Assembly (NCBI GenBank): GCA_964057225.1
Contig: OZ059899.1
Location: forward strand, 14,632,001 to 14,696,000
DNA from: Auanema rhodensis
Lineage: Eukaryota > Animalia > Nematoda
Length of the DNA stretch: 64,000 bases
Direction: 5' to 3'
The position numbers and the translations under genes are program-made. Positions 1 through 16,210 of this stretch are shown here, piece by piece. Every line of letters starts with the position of its first letter. The first letter of the stretch is position 1. The notes under the pieces were generated by a model, which saw only the letters and a program-made list of their open reading frames with translations, had not been told where the DNA came from and did not search any database.

Positions 1-243
1 CAACTTAATCTAATATATACTTTCAATTTCATTAATAATGAAGCAGGTACCTTTGCATGATTAGAAACATAGAATCTATCAATAAGGTCGTTGAGCTCTG
101 CTACAATCTAATGTGGCTTTTGGCTTTATCTCTCTTGTGTGTGCTTGTGTTGAATCTCCTATAAACTGCTACACTGTCAGACAATCGTATATTGAAACAA
201 AGAGAGAGATATAGAGAGAGAAAGAGGAGAGGGAAAGTGGAAA

Positions 244-291
<48 letters not shown>

Positions 292-1624
292 TCACATCTC
301 GTCTGTACGTTGCACGTTGTATCGTTTGTTACGTATAGTATTTCTTTGATCCAATGATGATTTTTCAAATTGCCATTAAACGCCTATCGAAGCCTATACT
401 GGCTTGAAGGTGATAAGAGAGAAAGAAAGAAAAAGAAAATACAATAAAGAGAGGCAAAGAGAGAAAATAATATTATAAGAGATATGAATTGAAAATGAGA
501 GAACAGAAAAATTGGTTTGACTGATTGAAGGTGGAGCGAAATTAAATTACTGAGGACTATCTGAATCTACATGCACTGAGCTTGTATGTATGAAGACCAC
601 GCACAAGAAATAGAGCAGGAAGTTCAATTGTATTTTGCCTTTTCCCCACTCTCTTTTTCTCGTCTCGTCTCTCCGTGATCTCTCTCTCTCTCTCCCTCTC
701 TCTCTTTATTTTTAAACTATTTAACAAAAAATATTTTTTTATTTAAAGAAGGTAAACTGTTTCCTATATCTATTCAGAGAAATCTATAGTTCGTTTTGAC
801 TTTTTTGATGTTTTTTTATCTTCTTTCTCGTACTTGTTTTCTAAATATGGTCCCAATATGAACGCTTTTTCACATTCTCACTCTCTTCCTCTAACTTTCC
901 CTCGTTTTTTTCATCATCAAACGGTCTGTTGTCTATTCTATCATCAAAATATCTAGCCAATACCATATAACTATGCCGTTTTTTTATATATATAATATGT
1001 ATATATTGTCAAACATTCTCCCCCCGATTTTTTCGGCCTCCCTCTTCACCTATTTTTCCTTTTTTTTTATTCTTTTTTCTCGTAACTTTCATGAGGCGTT
1101 GCAGTTTCATAACTCTTAAGCAATTCATTATTTCTATTATTATACTACCAATCTTACTTTTTCATTGTTATTTTTCTTTTTTTTGTTTCATTTTATGAAT
1201 TATTTTACTTCTCATCAGTTCTATTTAATAACCTTCCAACTCTCTCTCTCTCTCTCTCTCCCTCTCTCTCTCTCTCCCTTTCTCTCTTTATACTGCAATG
1301 CTACCCTTTCCGTCTAATTTCATTTCCATGTTTACTTGTTGTTCTTCTATTCATTATTCTATTCGAACTATATGTATTATCACCAAATATATGTATACGT
1401 GTTTCATCTTCCTTACCATTCTTCTTATTTCTTCTGCTCCTCCTCTTCTTCTTATATTTCTTCCGACTTCCCATTTTTGATATTTTCTTCCTTCCTTCCT
1501 TTTTTTCTGCTCAAAGCAACTATCTATCCAATATTTGCTTCTGTGCCCATCATTTCATCATTAATTTCAAATCACCTATCAATTCTACTATGTGATTATG
1601 TGTTTTGACTGATTATACATTAGA

Positions 1625-1705
1625 ATGCGGAATATACGACGGATCTCAAACCAATTCACGTTTCGAGGAGCCAACAAAAAATTCTTCGATGACATCATCA
1701 AGCTG
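1625..1705 (+). CDS. Candidate distal first coding exon of the adenylate cyclase (MRNIRRISNQFTFRGANKKFFDDIIKL)
   Basis: ATG lies just after an AG (cattag|a-atg). There are 27 open codons ending at a strong donor CTG|GTAAGT in phase 0, matching the phase-0 entry of the exon at 18482. The exon stands out from low-complexity flanks. Confidence 0.5.
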
Positions 1706-2939
1706 GTAAGTTTAAATTCAAATTTATTTTAATTCTTGTGATTTCTACTCAAGCTCAAACTCAAACTCAAATCATATTTTCTCATTTTCAAATCATCTCA
1801 TTTGCATATTCTCACTTTTTCTATTCTCTCATATTCTTCTGCTATTCGATGCTTTCACTTCTAACATCTCGTTCCTGCTCTCGTGTACGGAGATAGCCAT
1901 GGGCTTTATTTTGAGAAATAGGATGACTACAAACTTGACGCATTGGACTAGATTTGAACTCTTTGTAGCATTTTTCAATAATTTTTTCTCTGTTCAGCAA
2001 AAAAAAAACCTTTTTATTCCCAAATTGCAACTGACTCCGAAAAATTTAATACTTGTGGTGGTGTCTTATTCTATTCAATTCTTTTACCTCATGTTTAGTT
2101 CGTCAATTTTGGCTGCTTTTGCTTCGGTTACATCAAATTTGATCGTGCCTTCTAGTTTTTCTTTTTTTGTCAAAATGTCAACAGACCCACTCACTTATAC
2201 AGGGAAAAAACGAATAAATAGTATGTATTCAGCAGAGAAATGAGAGATAGCAGGACAGGTAGAGTGACAGAAGACGAAGACGAAGGCGACGAGGATGATG
2301 ATGATGATGATGATGATGACAACGTCAAGAAGAGCGATCTATTCTGAATTCATCTTCTTCTTCGTTCATTTCTCAATAGTTTTAACGTGCTAACTGTTGA
2401 GCATATTAGCTATTATATATGATTTGAACATTTATTCTTCTCCTCACCGCATAACTGCTACTTGTAATATGATCCCGCACAGAAGAAGAAGAAGAAGAAG
2501 AAGACACAGAACAGCTTAGACGATCCCGGTCTCTCTACAGAAGAATCACAGGAGACACTGTGAGATTACCATCTCCCTTCCGTGAGCATAGGCGACGTTA
2601 TTTCATCTCTTGCCTTTCTCCGTCCTCTCACTCGTTTACTTCTCTTTGCTATTTTTCTTTTTTTTTCATTTTCACATGCACCACACACATTATTTAGATT
2701 CAAGCTGCTACAGGGAAAGCTTCTGCTTGATCTCCCACTCACTCCTTCCGCAGTGCTCTCAACCTAAAATCCACAGCAACTCATTTCATATTCCTTTTTT
2801 CAAGCTCTAATTCTACAGCTTTACCTTGTTTCTACTCTGTTGATTATTAAGATGATTACACATTGATTGATCACATCATATATGCAACCATGTACCTCGT
2901 AGTATACAGACTTCTTCAACATTCTTCTCTCTTCTCTCT

Positions 2940-2998
<59 letters not shown>

Positions 2999-3490
2999 TT
3001 CTGTCTTTCAATAGTATTCCATTCATTATTTTACTTGAATTTACATATTCTGTACACATGTAATGTATAATATATATATGTATATGTATATGTATGTGTA
3101 TGTGTGTGTTCTATCAGAAAAACGTTAGCCGAAGTTTGACTCTGGCTGCCTCTCATGATGGTGTAATTAGCATATTGTGGTGAGTGAGAAGCCACGTGAA
3201 ATTTGCATGCCATTTCTGGTAGTGCAGACGCTTGGAACGGTGGTTTTTCGACATCTTCAACTTCTTAGCTCATCTCACATAATTTTCTTTTTCTCTCTCT
3301 CTCAAAGAAAAACTTATTTTCTTTATTACTCATTGCTTAGCAATTTTATCATGAGCTTATGCTCCGTAATAAGCTTTACTTGTTTCTTCGTTGATGTTAC
3401 ATAGCGTTGCACATTCTTTCTTCCCATTTTCTTTTTATACCAAACATAACATTCCGTCACTGATTTGAAGGTTCTTCCTCCCCCTCCCTC

Positions 3491-3542
<52 letters not shown>

Positions 3543-6025
3543 TGAATTTTTAAAATTTTTTATTATACATATATATACATATATATTTGATTTTTTTATT
3601 ATTATAAAATAATTAATTGAGACAAAATGAGATTCTTTTTCCTTTTCTTATGTACTTTGTTAAATTTTTTTTCTTTCCAACTCATACTTACTGATACTTT
3701 TTACTTCTTACTATGTTCTTTTTCTTTCTTTTATACTTTTCTTAGTCAAATTTTACTTTAAAAAAAAACTTTAATATTCTTTTATTATAATACTTAAACC
3801 ATATAGATTACTTAATTATATTTTATTTTTTTTAAACGAAAATGAAAAGAACAAATTTTAAACTTAACCATATGCTTTCCACTCCAAAATTATTCTATAA
3901 ATAGGTTTTTCATATCAAATTGTGAATATTTCTTATCATTTCTTGATTATTACCAAATTAGAAGCTTTATATATATTAATATTTTGTACTAAACTATATA
4001 TAAAAAGGAAAAAAAAACACAATATATATATATATATGTACTAATAGAAATATATAATATATAGTTAAATATGAAGTAGTGGTTTTTTCTCTTCTGAATC
4101 ACTTGATGATTCATGTATTCAATATATTCACACTTTGAACTTTTATAGATATAATGAAATATATAATAAAATTAAAAATATTTTATTATTTATAATAATT
4201 TCTTTATATTCATCAGTACTTTATATTGTTTCTTCTATTCTTATTCTCAGCAACGTCATCTTTTTCATTTTGCATCATCACAATCACTGACAATAACCAA
4301 TTCGCATGATTATGACTTCATCTGTGTGGCTGCAAACGACACCGATTACCTCATCATCATCATCATCGTCATCATCTGTTTTCTCTCTTTTCGATAGCTT
4401 GAAGATTCTGATCTTCTTCTTCTTCTACTCTCTTTCTTACACAGTACAATCTCTCATTACCATCTTTGCTAGTCCCTTTCTAGTAGTAGATTCAAACCAT
4501 TGTCGTTATATGTATATCAGTACTGATGTTAGTGGTACTGCCAGCTTTTGCTGCTGTTCACTTTGCTATATTGAAAGTGAAATACATTTTTTCCGTTTTT
4601 ATCAAGAAATGGAATCATAATACTTCATATGATTATACGAATTCTTGTGTTTTGAGCTGTGTGAGCTTTTTTTTTTCAGCTCAAGCCTTTAGCGCCAGTT
4701 TCAAATCGCCCATTAAACCCATAGAAGTTGCTTAAGTTTGAAGTGTGTCGGGTGTCTGTGTACTTAATCCGACAAGCTATTTGTTGTGTTGATACAATAG
4801 TTTCTACCGCCTTTCCACTCTGGCTACCCGCTCTACGACTCCGTTCCGTTCCCAAAAAAAAGTCACAGAATACGAGGATGACAATGAAGAATCAGAGGAT
4901 ATATGACTCTCGAAATCTGACGAATATACATATAAGTTGACTTTGTGAAGAGTGTGTGATAGAATAAAAGCCAGAATTTTAAGAAAAATATGACAAAACA
5001 TGTCGTATAAAGCCGATAAATAACATGAAACGTTCATCTTTTTTTTGTTTTATTCATTATCATCGTTGAAGTATAGTGAATGTTTGGAATGCAAGCTTGC
5101 TTATCTTGTATATGATTATGTTATTCCTTCAAATAATGTTTCATTCTAAAACATAAAAATAGAGGTGAAGCATAAAAGGAAAGCAACAAATGAAAAGCCT
5201 TTCTAATAAGCTTAAGTTTATTTTATGTTTTTTATTATCAAGCTTGTACATCACATGCTACTTCAGGTAGCTGAACGATGGACATGAAAATCAGAAAAAT
5301 GGTTTATTGAAATCGAGATAAGATGCTTTCTAATTAGGTGTTTCTCTCTCTCTCTCTCTCTCTCTCTTCCACTCTCTCGTTCTCTCTATCTCTCACACAC
5401 AACTTTCTACTCTATTTGTTGATAATAGGTATGAACCACTACAAGAAAGAACATTTTGGGGGTCGTCTGTCCATCTTACTATCAAAGTCAAAAAGTGAAA
5501 CGAAAAAATTAATTTTTGTGGTGATTAGTCTCATTCGACCGCTAAGGTGCTCATTACCACCTTTGTGTGTTTGAGAGAGAGAGAGAGAGGGGGGGGGAGA
5601 GAGAAAGAGAGAGAGGAAGAGCACAAGAAGCAACACGTTTGCTGGCTCGACTGACTGCTCACAGTTTCTCTGTTCTTTTGTCGTTCTTGCTATAACGTCT
5701 TATCTTCATGTTATCAGTTATATCCAACCGTTTTCCTGAAAACGGACTGAAGAACAAGCTTAGATAGTCGGTGCCATTACTTCTTAGCTTAAGTTTTTCA
5801 AATTTTTTTTCGATTCCTCTGTTTTTGGTTCTTTTCTTCAGTTTTGTTGATCTATTGAATCTATGAAATAATGAGATTAATTCCTTTTCCTATGTATACT
5901 GACCGTATTTCAAGAAATATTTTTCTGATTTCCTGAAAAATATCTTACTAACAAGGTTGGTGAAGTTATTCTCTTAAGTTGTATCATCCATGATACGAAT
6001 AGAATATTTTATTTCATTTTTTTAA

Positions 6026-6067
<42 letters not shown>

Positions 6068-6607
6068 TTTTCTTTCTTTAACTCACTGTCATTTTCCTCT
6101 CTTTTTTTGTTCTTTTTTGCTCTATGCTGTTCCTCTCACTCACTGCTTGGTTCAAATCCAAAAAATATAATTTGGGTATTACTCGTTAAGCTGTTCAATC
6201 ATATAAGCTAACTTACAGCCATATATGTGTAATTCATAGAATCAGCTCTACAGAACATAAGCACATAGCAATATTGAGGAGAGAAAGCATGTTACAACTT
6301 GATGTCTCATCTTCATTTACCTTATTCTTTCGTCTTTTTTTTGTTTCTGAAATCGATTCATATACATATGTATGTTGTCAATGTTATTTAAGCTATCGAC
6401 CTCAGCTGTTCCTCTGTTCTTCTGTCATTTGGACAAAGATATAGAGAATCAGATTCTTCACTATATTTGGAAAAATTACTGGTCTATAACTTATATTTCA
6501 TCAAAAATTCTGTTTTTTCCTGCTCATTCATTCATTGTATTTCTTCTTCTCTTCTCGATTACCAACACGAAACTCGTCACCTTACTTCCTAATTCGTCTT
6601 CACAACA

Positions 6608-6631
6608 ATGGGTCAAAGAACATATTCGAAG
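6608..6631 (+). CDS. Candidate alternative first micro-exon of the adenylate cyclase (MGQRTYSK)
   Basis: ACAATG start context, 8 codons, consensus donor AAG|GTGAGT, phase 0 compatible with the exon at 18482. Confidence 0.35.
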
Positions 6632-8381
6632 GTGAGTTGTATAAGCTATGCTGATCAGTTTTTTCTATCTCATCTTAACAATGCCTATTCTGATTTTCTT
6701 TTTTTATCATTTTCCTTCCTTCTCGTCTTCTTTCTTCAGTTCGTCTTCTGTGTCTGTTTGTCCTTCATTCTTCACTTTTTTCCATATTCTCCTCCTTATT
6801 CTTGTCCTCTAACTGTGAATTATTCCAATTTATGTAAGTAAAGACAATTCTCCTTCTGTTCTAACATCAATCTCTACATCAACTTTGCCACCTCCTTCGT
6901 GTTCTTCTGTCTTTTCCTATAGTCTTTTCCTCATTTTCGTCATATTCCTACCTTCGTATCCATGTATATCCTCCCTTCTCATCCTCTACACATTCTCTAT
7001 CTCAGCTTCTATTTCTCGTCTTGTCAAGCTTCAACCATTCTAGCCTTATTCGTTAAACTCTATTCCCAGTTTCATTTCTGCAAAGTTCATGGAGGCAGGA
7101 AGTCCAGTTTTATAATAACTTTCTACGTGTTTCCGCAGAAAAAAAAATGAAATCGAAATTTGTCAACTTTTTGTTGCAAATTTCAAAAACTTTTTCTTTT
7201 CTGTGCATCTTCCCTCTTAGCCCTCTGTCTCTCTCTCTCTCTCTCTTTATATATTTCTTTCTGTTTATGTTGTTCTTCTTATTCTGTTCTCGTACAACCT
7301 ATTTGTAACTTTTATTGCAATTTAATAATAATTTATTATATTTATATAAATAAAATAACGAAAAGAGTCTCTTTCTCTCTTGATATTTGTATGTTTTATC
7401 TATTTGTAACCTAATGGATCTCAAATAAAAACATCTTCAGTTTCATTTTTTCTTTTTCTCTCTTGATTTAAATCGCATTCTGCCTCAGGCGTTATGCTTC
7501 CGTTGCTAAACTACACAACTTGCTAGCTGACCATTCAAGCGATGACAGCAACAGTCTCATCACACTTCTACTTGTTATACTCTCTTAATACTTTGCAAAT
7601 CTTTTATGATTTTATGATCAAATCCTCATTATCCTCTCTTCTGCTTAATTTCCGCATATCCTTCGTCCTTCTCCCTCTCCACCTCATGCTTCTCCTTCTT
7701 CCTATCTTTGCCTTCTTTCTAGATATGACAACTCTCTGAGGCAATAAGCAGAAATAAGATTACTTAACCCAATTTTAAGTTTTTTTTCTGTTGGAGCTTT
7801 GCAAGTTAATCAGCCTCATACGATTACTCGTTTCTAACCCTATTTTCAGCTCTTGCTCCCAGGTAAGCAGCTACCTATCTCGTTACCAATCTTTGCTACT
7901 TATTTTACTCACGCATCCTGCGTACACAAAGTTATTTTTTTGAGTTTTATAGAACGAAATGCAATTTTCACTTATTACTTCCTTCCTTGCAATCTCTCTC
8001 TCTCTCTCTCCCTCTCTCTCTCTTCAACTTTTCTCTACCTTTTTCCTGATGATTGTTTTAACTCTTCTTCCTTTAGCTGATGTCGTCGGCATTTCTTTCT
8101 TTTTGTGCAAAACTTATTGATTTTTGAATTCTAAACACTATTAGAAGGATCAATCTTTTCCTTCTGTTTCTTTTCTTTTCAATACGTTCCGTATTTCATT
8201 CAGCTTATTCACTTGTTATGTTTTGTTTTTCTTTTGTGTATTTCCTCATCTTAAACCTTTGCAACACTTGTGTTTGCTGAATTTCGAATTTAAATTCGAA
8301 TCTTTTTTGTGTTAATTTCATCCTCTTTCTCCCTATATTCTACCCGTATATGGTTAAGTCATCAGCACCTTTTCTCTTATA

Positions 8382-8412
<31 letters not shown>

Positions 8413-11400
8413 TTGCCTTACTACACACAGCTTCCGGTTTCTCACTTTTTTTGTTGTTTTACTTTACGTGAAGAGCCACGTATGCTATTTATCTCATTCA
8501 TTTCATTTTCTATCAATTTGATCAAGCAGAATGGTTGTATTATTGTAGCTCTCCAATCATTAATTGAGCTCTCATTCACTGTCATATCACAACCTGTTGC
8601 TTCATTGTTAGCCCCTCTAACTACTTCGACTACTACTCTTCGCCTGCTATTAGTGGTGGTGATGTAAGCGAGAGAGATGCAGGGCAGGAGAATTTAAAAA
8701 AAAATGAAAATATTTCAAATTATCCAAAAACACATACACATACACAACTCTCAGTATATGTGTGTGTGTGTGTGTGTGTTCTTCACAATTTCTTCATCTG
8801 AATATTTCATCAATTTGACAACATCATCATATTCTGTGTGCAATTTCTGATTTATCAACTTTACGAAAAAAAAAATTTTTTTTTCCGGAAAATGTTGATG
8901 ATCGTCATCTTCATTTCCGGCTTATTTTCCCGTTTATAAGGAAGTATCATTTCGTTCATATTAAACTTATTATTCAGAGAACAGACAATGTTCTGTGCTT
9001 CTTCTATCTTACTATCTATTCTCGTCTCGTCTCGCTCATGCATTCCTCATTCTACTTCTTCGTCTGAATAGTACTGAACTGAGACGTTGAAATCACTTCT
9101 TGAGACATACTCGGAATTACTAAGCTTAATTCCTCCATCATGTCGACTCAGCCGTCACTATGCAGTTATGATTGTAGAAGTGTGTCTGGTTGCCTATCTA
9201 GCGAAGGTTTTGCCAGACACCGTCATCCATCTACGGTATCAGATTATCGTGTCATGTATCATCATCATGACAAGAGAGTCCAAATATGCAAGCCTTCTTC
9301 ACGTATCATTTCTTCTTTTCTCCCTCTCTCTCCTATCGTGTTGTCCACCCGTTTTCACTCCTACTCGTTCTACGTCTCCTTCTTCTTCACCACAAGCTGC
9401 TTTGTAAATCGGAGGGCCGCTGAGCCGTTTTTCCGAATTCTGTCGTGCCACATGTCTTTACATGGGAATAAGCATTTCAATCTTCCAAGATGTTTGACGT
9501 AACAAGCCTGAAATAGTGATTTTCTCCATTCTATAAGATCCTCCTCCGTACACTAACTTGACCAGAACGCTCTGTGAATCACCCATCACTCATCCATCAC
9601 GATCATCATCTTCATCATCAGCTTCATCATAACTTTCTATTTTTTTTAATTTTTCTTTATGCCAGCTAGCTAGCTGCTGGCTTGCTTGCACAGCTTCAAC
9701 TATCATCCTCGTTTCACTTTTTCATCTTTCAAACCACATAGTATTTCTTGTGCTGCAATCCCGTTACTCATGAAACGACGTTTTACTTTTTCAATTCAAA
9801 CACTCCCCCCCCCACGGCATTTATCTGCTGCTGTATACACTACTTTACTGCTTCACTCTATCCCCTCCTCCCCTCTCATACTATCGTTCTCTTTCTTGTA
9901 ACACATAAATCATCTCGCAATCAGTTTGTTAAATTGACTCAAATTCTTCTATTTATAGTATCTATTCCGATATTTTTTAAAAATAAAATTTATCCTTCCT
10001 TCCTATTCATTTCAACTATTTTCCCATTCGCTTCCAGTGCTTTCCTCTTCAATTTTTTTCATCCCATGCTTTATACCTACTTCATCATCTTAGTTTCACA
10101 ATCCTATTTGATGTGATATGCTGTATCAATCGACTAACAAGCCTGCCTCATCTACTTCCTCCAATTATTACTTCTATTCATCATCATCATCACCATCATC
10201 ATCATGGTTATAACGGCTATGTTTAGATCTGGTCCTCCTTTACACAGTTGTTTCTCAGTGGGTTATCCCCGTTCTTCATATCTTCTTTTCCTTTTTCCTA
10301 TCTTCTCCTCGTTTTTGAACTCTTCTTCATAATATTGTTTTTATTCTTTTTCTTTGTCTATCTTTTGTCTCTTTCTAGAAGATTTTCGTCTCCTACCCTC
10401 CGTCTATCTCTCCACATGGACTTACTATTATTCAACTACAACTGGGATAAGCTAAAGTCAAACTTCAATCTCAATTCATAATCAATCTCTTTTCCTTCTA
10501 TTTGAACTTACCTCTTGTTCAATTCCCATTTCTTGATATACCACAAAGCAAGCTGTTCTATGTCGGCCAGCACACAGTTACCTATCTCATCTTCCTTATG
10601 AAGCTTTTCGTGCTCCTATTATGCCACACGAGATAGCCTGTTCTCGTGAAGCATACCTGCGGGACCGAGCTACTTCTCTCCATTCCACTGCCTCTTGCAG
10701 CCGAGAATGCTATAACGTCAATGTGAGTGTTACAAGTCTCTCATTTACTTTTTCTCTCCTTCTCTCTGTCTCGTTCGCCATAACGGACCTCCCGTTCAGA
10801 AAAATTTTCTTCTTTTGGCACACTGGGTTCGAAAGCAAAAACGATTTTATTGTTTTGGTTCTGATCTCTTGGTTTCTTTTCCTGAACATGGATTTTTGAC
10901 TTTTATAAAATTTTTTGGTCTTTCGAACAACTTCCAGATGTCCACATCTCTCTCTTCTCTCTCTCTCTCTCTCTCACTCTCTCTCTTTCTCTCTCCCTCT
11001 TTCTCTGTGTATGCACAATCTTCTCGTCTTCTCCTGTCTCTTCGAATGACGATTTGCTTTTAACAACATTCCCCAAATAAAATAAACGAAAAGCATTTTT
11101 GTTCTAAGCCATACTATTCTGATTTTTTGGCCAATTAAAAGGGGAGAATGAAAACATATTTGACACATGATGCTAATTGGCTCGCAGGCTCTTTTGCACA
11201 CATTTGAATGCTGTGCAGCTTAGGTTGTTGAATGCTTATGCCCAAAGAACGCCACATGTTGTTCTAATCGCTGGATCAGATACGCTACTCTAGTTCTCTA
11301 TCTCATCGAGATTTATTACTTTTATGTTCATTGAAATAAAGAAAAAAAGAAAGTAGAAAATTGTTTTATTCGTTGTTAAAATTTCTGTCTATTTCATTAC

Positions 11401-11558
11401 TTTTGACAGTTTTTGATTGTTTTTATACCACCCTTTTCAACATTTTTTGTTATTTTTTTAATTTGCAAAAATCTGAAAACGAACGGAGTTAGTTGGAACG
11501 AATGTGCGGACCTTTGTTTGGACTTTTTTGTTTCGCACTTCCTCTTTCCTTCTCTTTT

Positions 11559-11592
<34 letters not shown>

Positions 11593-12687
11593 CATTTCTC
11601 TCTCTTTTCTTATACTACCTGTATATAAGGGAAAAAGACTGTATTGAAATGAAAATATATATTATTTTCATTTTTCAAATAACTATTTCATATAGTTATA
11701 AGCATTGTATTAGTTTATGCCTGCTGATTATATTCACTGAAAAGCTTTTATTGAACGTAGTTCACGTGGAAATGACGTAGTAAACATGAAATGAAAATTT
11801 TATTTTTAATTTTTCTTTTGCAAACTGAATGAAACGGTTGTGTTCATCTCTCTTATTACTTCTTCTTTGGATACAGTTCATACTATTCATCACAACAACG
11901 GCTATTAATAGTCAGTTTGTTGAGTTGTTATATAAGGAAAGATGAAATCTCTCTTTCTCTCTCTCTCTCTCTTTAACATAGACAGAGAGAGAGAGAGAGA
12001 AGAGAAGAAGGAGGGATTGTTACATGTTGCTTTCAATACATTCTATCACATTATCTTGGTTTAGATAGATTTCAGATATCTTTAATACAATGTAATGAAT
12101 GAGAAGATGAACTTATTCAGTGAACGATTAACGTTTTTCGGATTCTTTTTCAACACAACAGCAAAAAAATTTCATGATTCTGTAATTTGTTCTCACTTTT
12201 CTCTCTTTGTTACTCGAATGACATGAAGTAGACATTAGAGACAGAAAGGGTAAAGAGATTCATGGACAAAAGAATAGAAAGTATTGAAATTGAGAGTAAA
12301 AAAGATGAAGAGATAGAGGGAGAGAGAGAGACTAAATGAGCTCATTTATGGCAAAGAAGACGCCTGATTTCGAGTTCAAATCTGTCGGATGTCGTGTCTC
12401 TTTCAATCATTCTATTCCTCTGTTTTTTTCTCTTTGTTATCTTAGGATAAGCGATAGAGAAAAAGAAATTAATTGAAAATGTGAGAGGAAATATGGAAAA
12501 TAGAAGAAGAGAGGCAAAGAGATATAGATGGAGAAGAGAGGAAGCTGTGTGTTGCATATTCCAGAGTTGTTGTCTTTTCTACAACAAGCAGCCTTTTTTT
12601 ACATCCTTGTGGCAAGCTTCACTTAGATTAAGCTCAATAGAGATCTTTTTCATTTTCTCTCACAATGCCTTCAACCCCCCCCCCCCT

Positions 12688-12689
<2 letters not shown>

Positions 12690-12778
<89 letters not shown>

Positions 12779-12800
12779 TCTCTCTCTTTCTCTCTCTCTT
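12690..12800 (+). repeat. Long (CT)n microsatellite, representative of dozens of (CT)n/(GA)n tracts in 1-24 kb and 45-61 kb
   Basis: Directly visible. Similar tracts lie at about 250, 2930, 3495, 6028, 13105, 16140, 16990, 56580, 56900, 58600, 58815 and 60295. Confidence 0.97.
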
Positions 12801-13099
12801 CATTTCTTCACTTTCAATCCCGTCTTTTCCCTTTCCCTTACATCCTTTCTCTCTTTCCCAAATGAACATATTGTAGCAAATTTGCTGTTCCTATTCCATT
12901 CTTGCCCTTTCTCTGGTTGTCCTGGATGAGAATTCTCTCTACATTATCTATTTTTGATGGATATGATATCGCTTTCGACCATTGGAATACCTAACGTATG
13001 TTATGATTTCTCTTTTACCTCTTCTCATGAAACATGAACAATGAATTCATTTCTAAGACTTCATTCGATCATCCAGCCTTCTCTCTCTGGTTGTCATTT

Positions 13100-13161
<62 letters not shown>

Positions 13162-16135
13162 TCAATTCATCTTCATACACTTTTGTTTGAAACTCATAAA
13201 TCAGAGTTAACAATAATCTGTCGATGATGTCAACTATTGGTCCAACAGCTCAAAATCCTTTTGAGACTCTCACCTCTACTCATTTCTTTTTCTCTTTTCC
13301 TCTCCGCTTTTTCTCTCTTTTTTCCTCAAACTTCAGAAGATATTACTATGAATAATAATAATTTTTCGCTCTAATTATCTTTTTTCTATCCTATAACAGT
13401 AATTATTTCAATTTATTTTTCAAAAATCTCAAAGTTATGACAAGCTGAGTTTAGTTTATTAGTTGTTGCTGCTTTTCATCGTCCCAGAATAAAATAAAAA
13501 AATCTTTTCTTCCTCTCAGTGTGTATTTTCTGTTCATTTTTTCTTTTTTTTTCTTTTCATTCCCAAAAAAAAGAATATTTTTCTCTAATTCTATATTAAT
13601 TAGTTCAGCTATTCCTGTCGTTCCTTCCTTTCTATCCTTAACTTTTTTCGTTTTTCGCTTCTTTTACTTCATCTATTAGTTCGTTTTTTTGTTTCTTTTA
13701 ACCTTCAAAAAGAAATTCTATAGAAACAACTTTGTTCGTTTTCGAATGTTTTCTTTTTTATTTCATTATACCTTGAAGACGAAGAGAAAGAACTGAAGTT
13801 GATGATGATGATGATGATGAGGATGAAACAACATTCAACGATAGAGCATTCACTCGCATATCATCCTATTATAATCTTAGCAACTTATGTTTTTTCAAAT
13901 ATTTTCTTTGAAATTTTGTCATCAAAATGATCCAAAATATTTTTGCCGAAATGTTGTATCTATGTGTGTTTGTGGTGGTAGTGGTGATGGTGGAGGTGGC
14001 GTATGCCTCAGCTCAGCTCTACTCTCTTCCAATCAGTTTATCTCTCTTTTCAACTCTCTCACATAGAACACTGCTTAGTTACGTCGAAAATACCTGGATA
14101 TTTTGTGTTTTCTTTTAGTTTGTCCTTCCAGCATTACTCTATTTCTGCTTCACTATCTTCTTTTGAACGCAAAAAGTGTTGAATCATAATGAAAGTTTTT
14201 CCTCTCTACCTCCCCCCCCCTCTTTCTCTCTCTCTTGCTCTTCCTCCCCCCCCCCTATCCCTCTCACTCTAGGAATAAGTATAAAGCTAATAAAGCTAAT
14301 TATCTAAAAAATCTTTTCATTTTTGGCATATTTGTCTATGATTCTCCGTATAATCATCATTATAATCGTATCATAGAGTACATAGAGCATGTAACAGAGC
14401 ACACATATTCATTATCATTATCATATAATAGTTAAAATGAAGTTTTCTTTTTTGAATAAAAGAAAATTAATTATAAATTATTATATAAAAAAAGCTAATG
14501 ACTACTATATTCAATTATTACATATAAATATACAAACACTACTTCGTTTAGAAGCTGTTGTTTTGCTTGTTGTTATTGTCATCACAGATTCTGACATGAT
14601 GTTGTCATTGTCTGAATAGGACAGAAACATACATATAAACACATACATATAGCTTATAGATAGATATATATATATAGTATACATGTATATATATGGAACT
14701 TGTAATATCTGTTTTAGAAATCTTAAAAAGAAAAAGAAAATATCAGAAATATGGTGATAGATGAACGATGCAAATAAAGATGCATTGAAGCTCAGATTCT
14801 TTAACTATATTAACTATGTTATCTATTATTATCTACACATTTAATTCAAATATTTTTAATTTTTCAAATAACTTCTCCTTATATTGAAAATGAGATGTGA
14901 TACTAAGGTGTGAAGATGACAACACATGTACATGTTAGATGATGTATCTCTCTCTCTCTCTCTCTCTATACATACTACATCCCCATCCATCTTCTTATAC
15001 TCTTTCAACCTCCAATTTGTTTGGTGATATGATAAGCTTATTATAACAATAATATTAGTTCAATAATAACTATAATAATAATAGTAATAGTAAGCTGTGA
15101 TTGTGTGAGGGGTTGGAGGGAAAGTAGAGGAGAACGAGAAAGAGAGGGAGGGAAAAGTGGGAGATCTTTTCTGCCATTGAACAATTGTATATCTTTACTT
15201 GATTTATGATCTTTTTTTAATTTTTTTTCTGCTCTTTTCCTATACTTTATCATGAAGTTTGATGCAATTGTGATATCAAAGGATTTATTTTTTGAACCAA
15301 CGACAGGTCGTGAAGCTCTTCCTTCTCTCGCACATTGGCTTCTAATCGTTATATTTCATTTCAAAGCAGCTTCAGCTATTCAATTGTGTTTCGTCTCTCT
15401 CTCCATCTCTCTTTACCTCTCTCTTTACCTCTCCACTCTCTTTCTCTCATATCGAGTGATTAGCATTATCACAACTGCTGTTGACGCTAATGATTTTCTG
15501 GAACGAAATAGAAAATAAGCGAGAAAGTCTTCTGTAGAATTTTCCGTTCAATGACGTTTTTTTGCTCAAAAGTTGTAATGAAATACACCTGCAAGTGCAT
15601 TATGCTTGATTGAAACCTGACATGATCTATCAGTCGTTCAAGCTCGTCATCAAGCATAAGCATTTCCATTCGACCTGCACATTACTAGTTGCTGCCGGTT
15701 CTTTCCTTAATGCTTTATGTGTATCTACTATGTGTGTGTGTGTGTGCGTGTGTGTGTATGTGTGTGTAAGTGCTCAGGGTTATCACTTCCCTTCTTTGTC
15801 TACTATCAAAGTAATCCGAACATCAGAAAAGAGGTAGAAGCTATTTCTCTTCAAATGCCTATTTACATCTTTTCTTCTTCATATATCTCTTTGAGTATGA
15901 TTAAGGTTTAGGCTTATTCTTATGGCTATGTTCTTCCTTTGATGAAGCTCATTAACCTGTTCTTCTGTTCTTTCTTACCCTCTCCCCGACCATTATCTAG
16001 CTCTTGTTCTAACGGCTACACGCTTCACTGCCTTTGCCAATCTGCACTTCGTAGGTGGTGCTGAAGCTTGAAGGCAATCTTCATCACTTTGTAGGCCTCA
16101 ATACTGCTGCACCGACTATTTTTCATAAAAGGTAT

Positions 16136-16210
<75 letters not shown>
